A DNA stretch of 61,433 nt, filler included, from Choristocarpus tenellus KU-1152 (GCA_964200185.2; 9 parts of 9 records of this genome joined end to end with filler, not necessarily neighbours in it), one strand, 5' to 3'. Numbered from the whole stretch's first letter, positions 48,641 to 61,351 are shown. Notes: generated from the sequence alone by a model not told the origin. A program made the numbers and translations.

Positions 48641-49154
48641 AGGTGAAGTATGAGTGGTTGCAACCGCTTTTGGAGAACGTTGCATGTATCGGGCTAGATG
48701 ATAAAGCCTCGACTCATTTTGGCCAATCAAGAGTTTTCAGCGTAGAGCAAACTTGCTGCTCACTCTTCATCAAATCCTCCAAAAACACACCAAGACTCCT
48801 AAATCAAGAAAAAACACACCTTAAACCTCCTGTTTCACCACATCCCTCACATGCAGTTGCCACGTTCATTCGACAACTACTGTAGGTAGGGCATGCAAAA
48901 ACGATACTAACCCGCTGTGGTATCCTGGCTTTGAATGGTTCTGTCCACATCTGTATTTGAACACAAAACCTGCCCCCGCAAAGAGTAGGAATGCAAAAAT
49001 CAAGAAACATAGATAGGTCATGCCCCCAACCAAAGCAAACTGGAGAGAAACCTCTGATAGATTGATCCGTGTGGTAAGCATAATAGGACATCATCTGTAC
49101 TCCACTGCTCCTCAACCAGCCATCTTCTGCACCGCTTGTGCTACCTATTTCGAC

Positions 49155-50186
49155 CTACAGAGGTTCAAGATATGCCAAACTTGAACCAATATCAGAAGAA
49201 CGCTGTTCTCTCTGTGGCTCTGTCAACTCCACTTGAACAGAAGCAAAACCGAAGTGGGAGAAAATGATCAGCATTGAATTGAACACCACAGTGAGACCCA
49301 TGTAAACGTGGGCCGCAATAATGACGTAGGAGAAGATCTTCTGACTAGCAGCGCTCTCATCTGCTGCATCCATCTTGAGTAGGAGAGCGACGAAAATGCT
49401 CGACAGAATCACGAAATTACCAGCCCGAGAGAGTCACGTGTCTTGGGGTCTGCAGTACGGGTTCAGAATCTCCGTGAGCCAGAGAAACCACAGCGCAATC
49501 ATGAACTTTAAAGCTATCTGTGCAGCGGTGTTTGGATAGATGAAGACAACAATCCCAGTAAGCAATACACGGCGACCCAGATCCAATAACTCAAAGTAGA
49601 AGCGGTTAGGTTTGTACTGCTCCCATAGATCCACAAATGGCTGCAAGTGGATATTCTTTTCCCTCCTCTCCTCATTCATCAACTCTTCCCGATTGTTGAA
49701 TAGGATGGCACCATATGCAATGGGAATACCCAAAGGGTAGATGAAGATCATAAGCGAGGCGTAAGCTTGAAATGCTTTGTGCTTCACAGAAGTACACTCC
49801 AAACTGTAGTCAGCTCGTAGGTATGTTTGTTCTTTATCAAACGTTTCGCACGCAAACGTTTGAAACACCAGAGAAGAAACCGATGAGAACGAAAGGAAGG
49901 TCACTGCATAGGCGACTGAGACATGTCTACGCATAATCTTAGCTGTATTTTCTTCCGAGCCCCCACGGTTTCTGGTCATTGCAACTCTGTAGGTGATCCC
50001 AAGCATTCCTAGAATCATGAGTGGCCCAAGGGTTGACACCAGCAGACGTTGGTAGAAACCTATTTTGAAGATGCACCCAGTGGCGAACAACTTTGTCCAC
50101 CACTCAAGATCAAAGTTGACAATGGAGATGGAGTCCAGAAATTTCTCATATTGGTCTGGGTATGCAATGTTGGCAACCTCAGAAAA
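49155..50186 (-). pseudogene. Last exon of a stramenopile-type multi-pass membrane protein (YLRADYSxxC family), with in-frame TGA at 49434-49436
   Basis: catgcag|TTT acceptor; FYQRLLVSTLGPL, VFQTFACE, YLRADYSLEC, IYPLGIP, LWEQYKPNRFYFELLDLGRRVLLTG; the frame continues past TGA (DT*LSRAG) through two more hydrophobic helices. Confidence 0.8.
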
Positions 50187-50264
50187 CTGCATGAAGGAAC
50201 AACCAGCGTTTGGGCAAAATATTATCATAAGCGTCAGGGAAATGAAACATGGCATGCATACTCT

Positions 50265-50505
50265 GAGTCAAACCGACTGAGAGGTAGGTAGGGCTGCATT
50301 TTAAGGATCCCAAGAAAGGGCAAAAATGTATATTTTGTACATTTGCAGAAAGAGCCTTCGCTCAATTGTGGCGTCACTTTGTGTGTGTGAAGTGGGAATA
50401 TCAATTTGTACGAAGTAATGAAATACAATGTATTGCACAGAGTAAGGATAATGGATTGGAATTCAAAAGGGTCCAAACCTGCCTACCTCTCAATTGGTTT
50501 GGCTC
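50265..50505. mobile_element. MITE subfamily B (about 241 bp), TSD TCT
   Basis: tct|GAGTCAAACCGACTGAGAGGTAGGTAGG ... CCTGCCTACCTCTCAATTGGTTTGGCTC|tct. Confidence 0.88.
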
Positions 50506-50603
50506 TCTTGAAGAGTCAAGGATGTTCAGAGCCAAAAGGTAAGACAAGCAGAAACTACGGCAAGGTTTCTTCCATGGAAATACTAGCGTTGCAACCCAAC
50601 ATA

Positions 50604-50868
50604 GAGTCAAAGTAAACGAGAGGTAGTCAAGTTTTGGCCGTTTGGCGTTTTAAGCCACACTTTTCATATCTTGCTATTCACCCATATTTTTATGGTTTAT
50701 AATTGCTAAGATTGACTTGAGAGGATTGAGTTCCCCATTGTCTACATAATCTTCGGCACGATTCTGAAAAGTTTCAATACGCAGTTGTACTAAAATATGA
50801 TTTTTTTTTAACATAATTGTCAGCATCCCTAAAATGTAACCCTAGGTACCTCTTGTTCACTTTGACTC
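50604..50868. mobile_element. MITE subfamily A, inverted (about 265 bp), TSD ATA
   Basis: ata|GAGTCAAAGTAAACGAGAGGTA ... TACCTCTTGTTCACTTTGACTC|ata. Confidence 0.9.
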
Positions 50869-52326
50869 ATAACTCATCTAAGGTGGATGCTCAAAGAAGG
50901 GGCAGTGTGAGGAATATACTAAGGACGATAATTTTACTCTGAGAGCCTCTAGACGGGGTGTCGAAGATGTGACGAAATTCAGGTGGAATAGTCTTAAGTT
51001 GAATCAGTAGTGCAAAGGCGCAAGTCCAATTTTGAAATCAGAGCAGTTTTACATATTCAGATTTCTGCACCAGTAAACACTGCTAGGAAGACTACACATC
51101 CCAACTATAGTTGAGAGCTGACTATCCAGACTCTACCACACGAGTGTCCTACTTCTAGACCCCACTTTAATGTGATCACAGCAAAAATATACAATTTTTT
51201 CCAACGTTTGCATTGAGTTTTAATCCAACCAATAACATAAGTAGAGGGTGCTCAGCATCTAGTCAACGAGATGCTGTACCATTGGTGAGGGGCTACTTCG
51301 GTGAAAGAAGCCAACAAACAGCCCTCGTAAGAGTATATGTGTAGCCGATTTACTGTGGTCTGTCGGTATTGAACACATCAGATATTGCCAACAGCATAGT
51401 TCATATTTGGGCAAACGTGGAAGGTATATAATAGCATAAATCTCACCCCTGATGACAGATACACCACAATGGTATAGGCTATTAATCCATAATACCACCA
51501 TCAGACTATTTACCATTCAGGTCTTACCATCTACTCAACGTTTTCCTTGTTCTTCACTGGTCCCTATACATAGTCTAAAAGTAGACCCCATGCACAACAA
51601 TACGTGCAATGTACAGAGTGGCAATGACAACAGTGATGATATCTATATGCGAGGTATACCCAGGTATTTTCGGTGCATACAATAAACAATGTCACCCTTC
51701 TCCATTTCTGAACACACAACAAAAATCAGGTGCATCGGTAACAATTGATCTTTTTCTAGGGTCAAAACCACCTATCCCTGGGATCAGCATATGTGAAGGC
51801 ATGCATTTCCTGCACAACACACTCAGCAATGCTGTCACTAAACGATGAACTTTGTATCCACAAGCACTTTGTATGAACCAAAAAACGTGCACCCCTACCA
51901 GTCAATTCATGGGTTGATCAAAGCTCTCTTGCAATGTAACGATGGAATCTAGCCTGTGACTTGACGGTTGTGTAACACAGATACATCTGTTTGTGCTGGT
52001 ATTGGCTTGGGTTGGAGAGCATTTTGCCAAGCTTGCTCTATTGATGTGGAGTAGGTTGGCAGAGAGGAGCAGCAGTCCAGTATTCTCTGCCGGATGGCAA
52101 CTACTTCAAAGTAGCAAATACAAACTCTGATTCTTTGACAGGCATCCACAGGGATCTAAATGTGCAGGGCACTAAAACAAAGAAACCACCTCAATTTCAT
52201 TAGCAACAATCGAGCATCTGCGCCTCGCAAAACCCTACACGAGGCGTAATATGTTAAAGTATCCCCAAAATCATTAAAGAGGATAAAGGTGATAAACCCG
52301 GCGAGATTGCTTTGTGTCTGTAGAGT

Positions 52327-52426
52327 NNNNNNNNNNNNNNNNNNNNNNNNNNNNNNNNNNNNNNNNNNNNTTAATTAATTAANNNNNNNNNNNNNNNNNN
52401 NNNNNNNNNNNNNNNNNNNNNNNNNN
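52327..52426. other. Artificial contig linker
   Basis: N44-TTAATTAATTAA-N44. Confidence 0.97.
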
Positions 52427-52463
52427 CCCCCCCTGTATTACTCATTCCTCCTCATATGAGAAG

Positions 52464-53342
52464 GTGCCTCTTGGAGATATTCTAGATGTTGAGAGGTCCG
52501 GCTCTGTGGTGTGGCTCAAGTGCCTTCACCTAGGAACAGTTGGTTTTGAGGCCAATCTACCTGGGGACTCAGAAATATTCTATTATGCTATGGACGCCCT
52601 CCTTGACCTGCGATGCAGCCTGCCCTTGGTGCCCACACAACAAGTTGACAAAACAGCCGTTCTTGAACAGGAGAAGAATGATGATGACACCAAGGGAACC
52701 CATACCGCTTCCACCCAGGCCTTTACGTTCACGCCAGCCCTGGGATCTCCTGATCCACCTGTTGAGTTGACTCAGGAAAGTGACCCTACTCCAGCAGATG
52801 ATGTGATACCCGCCAACGCAGCACTAGAATTTTCCCCACGACCACAGTCACAGCAGTTGTCTACTGTCACCCCACCTCCAACATACGAAGATTTGGTGGA
52901 GTCAGAGTTCTCTCCAGTTACGGAGGCAGGAGGGCCTAATGTGGAAAAGAAGCTGGTGCAGTTTTCGGACCTGTCAGAGGTCATGGGGGCGTCGGTAGGG
53001 GCATCTGCATTAAGGTCAAAGAGCCTTCCTCGTCAAAGGGTGATGCCGAGGCCAAGGAGTTTTTCGAACTCACCACGGGTGTCGAGCGTGGCCATGTCTA
53101 AGGCAGGAATGCTGGCGGTGGCCAGGACTAAAAGTTTTTCGGTTCAGCCATTGCAGGTCGCCTTGAGGGAGTCGCTGGGGAGTGTGAATGAGGATTCATA
53201 TGTGGTTGTGGCAGAGGACGATTCAGACGCGGCGTCTGATGTGTGTCACTTTGATGAAAGCTCCTCGAGTGAGGAGGAAGAGCAAGTGGATGGTAGTGTG
53301 GTTGAAAGCAGCAAGGAGATTGGACTTAATGTTGAGTTCTGA
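52464..53342 (+). CDS. Terminal exon of an uncharacterised protein (possible PH-like domain end plus disordered tail)
   Basis: gagaag|GTG acceptor; VPLGDILDVER..VWLKCL..VGFEA..YYAMDALL is a strand-strand-strand-helix pattern like a PH C-terminus; 292 open codons; TGA. Confidence 0.7.
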   Translation: MPLGDILDVERSGSVVWLKCLHLGTVGFEANLPGDSEIFYYAMDALLDLRCSLPLVPTQQVDKTAVLEQEKNDDDTKGTHTASTQAFTFTPALGSPDPPVELTQESDPTPADDVIPANAALEFSPRPQSQQLSTVTPPPTYEDLVESEFSPVTEAGGPNVEKKLVQFSDLSEVMGASVGASALRSKSLPRQRVMPRPRSFSNSPRVSSVAMSKAGMLAVARTKSFSVQPLQVALRESLGSVNEDSYVVVAEDDSDAASDVCHFDESSSSEEEEQVDGSVVESSKEIGLNVEF

Positions 53343-56300
53343 TTGTGTTGCTTGGGAGTATGTAGCGAGCGGTGTCTTTTTTGTGTGCAGTTTTTCTTGA
53401 CTTGTGATTGAATGATAGATTGATTGCTTGCTTAGTTTGTGTCCCTATGGTTTCATGGCAGGTGTATGTTCTGGTACATGCCCAGGCTTGTACATGTAGA
53501 TGCGTATTTGGCTCCTGGTATGTTGGTGTTCCATCTGTATCACTCCTGCCCATTCGCCGCCTGGCCTGCCTCATTGGTACCCTAAGACACCTTTGACACG
53601 CCGTGAATTTTCTGTTCACCCTTTGAATTTTTCCAGTTCATAGCCTATACCCACTCTTTGCCTTGCCTTGTTTTAGATAGTTGTTGTCCTGAATTTCAAA
53701 GTGTTTTTGTGGTGGGACATAATAAGGTGACAATTTTTGCGTTCGATGTGACCATGTGTGTTCCTCGTTGAGTCGGGTTGTTGGGGTGAAGGGATGCCTC
53801 CTTGCCAGAATACAAGGGAAGAGTGATTTTTGTCTGTTTTCCTTGTGTTTTCTACAGGGAAGGAGCTTAGTTTGAGGGATACACTTGAGATCCTTTTTGT
53901 CACGTTTCCTGACCAATGAGATTGGACCCCACAGGATTTTTTTTTCTAGATTATTCCCTCATAAAGATTCCATCTGTCTTATGGCCCTGGCCCCGTGCTG
54001 GGCAGCATGGGTTGTTTGCTGTATGTAGACGGCATTGTGATTGCTCTTGGAAAAGGGTTCACGGAGGAGTTATGTCCTCTTTTAGTTGGTTCAGTGCTGG
54101 GTGTACAGCGTGTTGATTGGACGGGGGGTTGCCTATGGATGGCTCACCTACGTGAATTCCAACAGATGTGTTCTTTGTCTGACCAAGCATTTTCCCATGA
54201 ACTCACCCACCCAGACATTGCCCCCACATAACCAGATGGGAGGCGGTGCTAAGAGACTGAGAGAGGTGTCTCTGTTGTTTTGCATGTTGGGTTATATATA
54301 TCATGCAAGCTCGAGTTGTGTTATGGTTGGTGTGAAGTTTTAATGGTACCCAGCCTTTGAGTACCTCTTTATTGTTTTATAGTCATATGAGTGTGCTTGA
54401 GGTAGGAAGCTTGTGTTTCCTGTGGATTTTTTTACATATAGTTCTTGGCCCCCGCACTCCACCCCTCCCCAGCGACAGCATTGAGTGAAGTCTAGACTGA
54501 AATGCTGGCCTACATGTGCAATCCGTGTTTTCCTGGTTTTGGTAGCCAAGTTTTTCGTGCTTTGAAGACAGGCATGGTCGAGAAGATGGGTTGTTGAGAT
54601 GGTTCGAAAGGGCGAGGGGCAACTTCGGGAAGGTAGATTTCCTGATGTTTTTCATTTGGTTGTTCTCAGATGTGCTGTACTGAGCTTTGTAGACAAGTTG
54701 TGTTGACATCCTTAACGACTGTTTTAGGAGCATGTCACCAACGAAATAGAGGGTGGTTGTATGTGTGCCATTGTGGCCTGTTGTCAATGCTTCATATGCT
54801 CACACACATGTTGCTTTGAACATCATTTTCCTGGGCATAGTTTGTTTACATGGACCTCTCTTTATGTCACATATATTCCCTTTACTGTATTGTTGTCCTT
54901 GAGAGTCTTAGGATTTATTGATTGACCAGCACTCACCTCTCGTAGGCAGCTGCAGTGTTTTTTTTTTTTAGTGTAGCCAACATTTTTATTTGTTGTATAC
55001 AAGCTGAACCAGTGATTGATGTGTATGTTACCCTAGGCTATCCTGTGGAATAGGAAAGCCATGCAAGCACACAGTAGCCTCACAGGATACTGAGTTGACC
55101 ATGATAGTATTGAAAATATATAATAAACTACCCTGTTGGCCTGTTGGTGGTTGCAAGGTTGTCTTAACTTTGTCATGAAGCATTTTCTTCAAGTTACACA
55201 GCTCAGTCCATCAGTTCCAGTCATGTTTGGTCCAAGGTTCATTGGAGTCCTGAGCATGAGAGGTACGACAATGGCATGCTGATATATTGCATGCATCTGT
55301 TGTGTTCGTTTCCTTGCAAAATGGTGCAACACAATCAACTAGGGTCAAATTAAGTTTTTGTCTGATAGAGTACTTCATAGTACTTCAAATGACATATTCT
55401 GATGTTCATAGCAGTACAGCATATGGTAGAAACCTATCAACATACATATAGGTTAACATTACAAAACAAGGATGCGAGTTTCATCTGTCTCAGTTTGATC
55501 AAGGTCAACACCCGTATGGCTGTCTTGATGGTGCAAGTTTTTCATGAGATGAGAAGATGAGGCATGAATTCTAGATTTTTTTTTTCAACACTTCAATATC
55601 ATAGAAATGGATACCTGTGATTGGCAAAACCGATCTCATTGCTTCTCATCGCTTTTAAAAAATTTGCCTTTTTGAACTTTGTAATGCCCCCATTTCAGTA
55701 AAATAGTGCCATTAATGCTAAGTTGGTCAATGCTTGTATAGCGTGAGAGTACACACCATTGTACTCAGGACGCTTGTAGACCAACAATACAAGCATATTT
55801 TGTGTTCATTCTTTATTTTCAGATTACGTGTGTGTAACACAATCCTCACAATCCGTAACCTCCTCCTAAGTTCACTCCGATCTTTTATATTAAAACTTGG
55901 ACTGATCATGCTAATTCTTGCAAGCTACTTACACCCTGTCTTGCTTGATCCTCCTCTGTAGTGGGAAGAAGCCCAGATCACCATCTAAGGTCCCAAAATC
56001 ATAGCCAAGTGTTAAAGGATGTGTAAAAATTAAATCTGCTAGGGAAGTTGGTTTAGAAGTGCCCACCCTTTAAAGAAAGTGTAACGACTTACTAGGCTAA
56101 ATAAATCTTTCTGTGTCGAAACTTTAACAGGGATAGAGTTATATTTTGAAGATGCGCATTCAAACGTGTACCTATTCTTGCTCCCTTACTCTTGTTGAAA
56201 ACACTAAATTTGAACTTCATTACACTATTTTGACCTAAGAATATGTAACATCAAAGAAGTTATTCTAGTCAACTGTTGTTACTCTGTAGCCATACATATT

Positions 56301-57803
56301 CAATACACTAGGCCGGAGTAATACTGTTCCCAGACGCTCAAAACATTTCATACATTTTAAAATAGTTTTAAACCCAAGATTTTAGTCAAGCCAATGCAAT
56401 CACACGTCCCATTCCCCCACAATTTACTCTGCTGAGGACAAACATTAACATGCTCACCTCCATCACTAACATCATTGAGTATGTTCTTGGTAGAAGCACT
56501 CAAGCGCCTTAACTATATTCTCACCTCCATAATGCCATTACTTCATGCCAGTTTTATCAGCCTGTCAAGGTACTGCAATACTCCTGTGTAGTCATTCAAG
56601 TGTTCCTCGATCTGTGGGACAAAATAGTAGACTTTGAATAGAGACAATGAAAGACTGAATGAAGGCAAAGTAAGAGTTATTCCAGAGGAAAAGAAACAAA
56701 ACATAGTCTTTGCACTCTTGCTCAATACTTCAGGTATTTACTAAAATAGGCACTAAGAAACGAAATATGTTCATATACGTTTGTCACGTGCACCCTCTAC
56801 TCTCTTTTTTTTTGTGGAGATCATCAAGGAATTTTCTAGTGGGGTGGGGGGGGCAGGGCAGGATTATCATTTTTTTATTTTCAATATCCGTCATGCATAT
56901 TTTTCACCCTACGATCCTCTGATGAAGAAGAGCGTTTCTTTTTTCACCACTTTTAATTTTTTTAGTCTAGTAGAGTACAAACCAACTCTACAAAACCAAT
57001 ATATTTAAAAAAAAGTAACTTCTGTGTGTGAGAGAGAGAGAGGGAGAGCTGATCGTAACACACTTCCAAACAGATGTGTGAGTGAACGTTGTAACACTCT
57101 ATAACCCATGTTGCTATATAGAAAACACAAGGACGAACCCATTTGGTTCCATGTGTGGGATAAACAAAATGGGAGCAAATGTTATTAGACCAACTAGATT
57201 GACTTACTCCCGAGATCAACGTATCAGGTCCCGTGGGAGGCTGTTGGCAAATTTTTCAAACGAATATACTGATAACTCTAGACTGCACACATACACCAAG
57301 ACCTGGAAGGTGCAACATGGATCACCTAAGGCAGACCTACTTCCAGACACCACACAGCAGAACAGACGCTACACTTTACACCTTCAATACAGTTTTTCAC
57401 CTGTATAACGTATCCATCACACTCACACACACTCCCTTGATAAAGTTTGTAGAAATACATTTGTGTCATGGATATTTTCGTTTGACAACATACAGAAGAC
57501 AAGCGACCACACAGAATGAATTGACTTTCAATCCCTTAACACTATACCCTGGAAAGAGTAGACACATGTGAGATCTGTGCTTGTAACACTAGCTCCTCCC
57601 ATAGACTTTACTTCTGCACTCACAAAATTAAAACGGAACGGCGTTAGCTACCTACTATCTATTATCACACAACACCCTGTAATACATGCCCCTGTAGGCT
57701 AACATATCTCATCCATATAATCCCCCCCCCCCTTCCCGCCCCCAACCATCAAATATACACCGGTAACACATTCAACCAAAAACAAACCACCCTACAACCA
57801 ACA

Positions 57804-57903
57804 NNNNNNNNNNNNNNNNNNNNNNNNNNNNNNNNNNNNNNNNNNNNTTAATTAATTAANNNNNNNNNNNNNNNNNNNNNNNNNNNNNNNNNNNNNNNNN
57901 NNN
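57804..57903. other. Artificial contig linker
   Basis: N44-TTAATTAATTAA-N44. Confidence 0.97.
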
Positions 57904-60840
57904 ACGAGGAGATGCGACTCAAGAATTGTGGGAACCTGTTCCTTCCGAGGGCCCATCTGTCCAAGAATTCAGACAGCTTATGGCGGCGGTAGTGGAGTTG
58001 TCAAGAAACACTGGCAATCTCATGGTTCAGTCTGAAAGAGTCGGCGACGGAAATCATCCTGTCGTCCAGGCCGCTGTGCCCAGCACACGGCCTCTGGTTG
58101 GTCACGTATCAGTCGAAGTGGGTCCTATGGAACCCACGTTAAGGGAAAATTTCCCAGAGAGGGAAAACAGTTTGGACGCTGTGAGCGTCAGAAGTGGGGC
58201 GAGCCGGAGGTCCGGTGCTTTGGAGAGCTTGGGGTCAGGCGCACATATTGTTCGCCCTACGACAAATGTGCAATTTACCTTGGGAGGTAATGCCATTTAT
58301 CAGTAGTGAAGACAAAAAAGGTGTGAAGCCTCACGCAGTTCCCCATTGCTGAACGTGATTACATGGTTGAAATTAGTAGAGTGACCTTTGTGAGGTATCT
58401 TCTCATTGCTTGTTTATTATTATTTGTACCTCATATATAAGTCGATGGTTATGTCAAAGTAGTTGAATGCAGACAAAAACCCCATGCATATTCCCATTCA
58501 TAATCCAGATTTACTATCTGATTCACATCCCCGATCTGTTTTTCGTGTGTCATGTCATTATTTTATTCTCCAGGTCTACAGACATGCCTGGCTCACAGTA
58601 TTCGCAGGAAGTTGAGGTTGTCTCTGACCCGCAGAATTTCCAAAGAATCGATGACTCGGCGAGATCCCGGCCCCGTACCACACCTCGAAGGACTTCTGGG
58701 CGCAACTGTGGCCGCTCTGCTGGACGCCGTAGCAGCCGCAGGGAACACGTTCGTTTTCAATCTTCCACTCGTGACAGATCTCACCCCAGGTCGAGATCTT
58801 GGGATAGACACTCCAATCGAGATGAGCAGAGGACCAGAGAAGAGCGCAGAGGCCACACCCGTTCACCTGGATGCCACCATCGGACCAGGGATCCTTCTCC
58901 AAACAGGTCTGTTTCAACCAGGTTATCTCGGAGGAATAGCCTGAGTACGGTACGTCAGTTCCAGAGAAGTCGAAGTACAGTTGCAACGAGGAATCCATGA
59001 GTTACATACACAAGCTGAGTCGAATGAGTCGCAATTCAGTAGGCAGCAGCAGGACAGAGAGAGGGGAATCGCGGAAAACTGCAGCCAACCGTCTTGTTCT
59101 ATGCTATCGAGCGTACACAGTAGATTTACGGATGCCTCATGTCTGCGGGGCAACTTTCTTTTGAACGTATATATAGGTGAAGACTAACTCATTGATCTAT
59201 GTGAACGAGCTCTCCCCATTCTTCTTCCTAATGTTATAGATCAGATTGGAGTACAGTCAATAGCATTTTCATTTCGTAAGGAGATTCAAAATCAAATTCG
59301 CCCACTGGCAATTTCTCGGAATAATCCTTTGGGAGATGAAATGGTGCAGCGGGGAATTAAAGCAGAACGGATCTTCAACGATCTAATCGAAGAATTGTCC
59401 AATCGTAGCGACCAGTACACATTTGTTCCAACCAATCAAAATGCTGCAAAATCTGCGCCGTACAAGAATAAGATACCCACTGCTTTAGGTAGCATGGCTA
59501 ATTCTCATGCTATGTTTGCAAGCATATCCGACCTTTTATCTGCCCCAGATGACTCTACGATCGGCAGACAGGAACTAGGACTGCCCTACCATAGCAGGAC
59601 ATCCTTGCCAAGCGAAGTGCTAAGACAAAACCCACCGCCATACCAAGAGGTGGTCAACAGTGTGCTGATGGCCCTCGCACCGATGCTCCAACCTGTTTTG
59701 TCCCAAATTCCCCTGCCCACCGTCTGTGCTGCCTTGACAAACTAGCCCGCGTCTGTTCCTGAGAAGCATGGGACCTCGTTTGTCCCTAAGAGCAATGCAT
59801 CCACGCCCGTTCGACCAGTAACACCCGCCTCCCAGTCTGCACCTCGATCCACGTCTTCTTTATTCACAGACAGAACGAGTAACGCAGGTCAACACCATTC
59901 GGGTAAGGATTTACATTAACCATCGGCTTCCCAAGATGAGGTTGCCGAATGGCTCAAGACACAACGAGTTTGCTTCCATCACGCTTTCAGCTGCGACTTC
60001 TTCAAGTCTTTTAGCCGCAGGTGCAGATATACCCACAACGACTCCATAGTGCCTAAAGGCTACTTTGCATACCTATCCCAGGGCAAGCAGAGTACTACCC
60101 CAGGGGACAAGCCACGCATGATGGTAGCCTTGGCAGACTCCCATCTCTATTGCCTCGCCGCAATGCGAGACTTTGAGTTTCCACCACCAACTACAAGCAG
60201 CCCAACTGATAGTGAACCGTCAGAGTTGCCCTGAAGGTGCGCCCTGGAGTCTTCAGCTCCAGGGTACTTAGCTACTGTAGCCATAAGAAGCATGACTCCC
60301 ACACCCACTTCGACAATATTTGCTATGTCACATGCCCAACGAACTAGTCAAGTATGGATATCTGCAATGTTGTGGAATCCTCGCAAACGTCTGCTCGCAA
60401 ATGCCTGTACAGATACTCCTTGACACAGGTGCAGGAGGTGGAAACTACACTTCGTCTGCTTTTTGGCGCAGTACTACCCTCTGGGGAGGTAGCACCGGCC
60501 TACCACACCTCAACCGAGCAGGGCACACAATGGTCCTTTCAGATGCTTCGGCTGCAATCGACGTTCCATGCATCACAAGGAAGCTCTTACAGGACCCTCA
60601 AGACGACGTAACCGTAGCAGAGTACGTCCATAATTCGGTAAGGGAATGCACCCTTTTCGGATGACTAGCCAAAAATCGCGGTTAAGGTTGCCATGAGTTT
60701 TTTTTCTTTTTAAAAAAAAAGAGAGAGAAAGGTGTGACACGGAAGGCTGCGGCAATAGCCTAGCTTTGCACTATCGACTGTATACGGTAGACTTGTGGAT
60801 GCCTCATATATATGGAGCTTTCTTTTGGGGGGGGGATATA
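57904..60840 (+). mobile_element. Internally deleted LTR retrotransposon (gypsy-like): gag-like region, aspartic protease, PPT and start of 3' LTR
   Basis: ILLDTGAGGGNY retropepsin motif near 60410; CFHHAFSCDFF..CRYTH Cys/His finger near 59970; purine tract AAAAAAAAAGAGAGAGAAAGG at 60712-60732 followed by TGTGACAC; right boundary approximate. Confidence 0.6.
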
Positions 60841-61031
60841 TAGGTGAAGGTCAACTCATTGATTTATACCAACGAATCCAAACTCTCCTACCCAAAGTCC
60901 TACCCAAATGAAATTACCTTCTATTCTACATATGTTATATATACAGTACCTACCCCGATTTTGTGCACCCATGGGCATGCCCGAAAAAAGAGGCACAGAA
61001 TTGATGTCGTACAACATCGTTTTTGTAGTAA

Positions 61032-61047
61032 TTAGGGTTAGGGTTAG
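61032..61047 (+). repeat. Short TTAGGG tract
   Basis: TTAGGGTTAGGGTTAG directly preceding the 42-bp array. Confidence 0.7.
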
Positions 61048-61351
61048 CTGGGAATCAATCGTCAAAGCACCTGATTGATCGTGGTGAGCTGGGAAATCAA
61101 TTGTCGAAGCGACTAATTAATCGTGGCGAGCTGGAAAATCAATCATCGAAGCGACTAATTAATCGTGGTGAGCTGGGGAATCAATCGTCGAAGCAACTGA
61201 TTAATCGTGGTGAGCTGGGAAATCAATCGTCAAAGCGACTTATTAATCGTGGCGAGCTGGAATATCAATCGTCGAAGCAACTATTAATCGTGGCGAGCTG
61301 GAATATCAATCGTTGAAGCGACTAAATAATCGTGGTGAGCTGGGAAATCAT
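61045..61351. repeat. Minisatellite, 42-bp unit, about 7.5 copies
   Basis: GAGCTGG at 61086, 61128, 61170, 61212, 61254, 61295 and 61337; unit GAGCTGGGAAATCAATCGTCGAAGCGACTAATTAATCGTGGY. Confidence 0.95.

Noticed and set aside
49434-49436. Selenocysteine codon or alternative genetic code
   Set aside because: The position looks like Trp rather than Cys, I recognise no SECIS, and other genes here (6241, 53340) use TGA as stop.
53343-57803. Short ORFs downstream of the 52464 exon
   Set aside because: No motifs or splice-supported exons; consistent with 3' UTR and intergenic DNA.
61045-61351. CRISPR array
   Set aside because: Units are contiguous with no unique spacers, there are no cas genes, and the context is eukaryotic.
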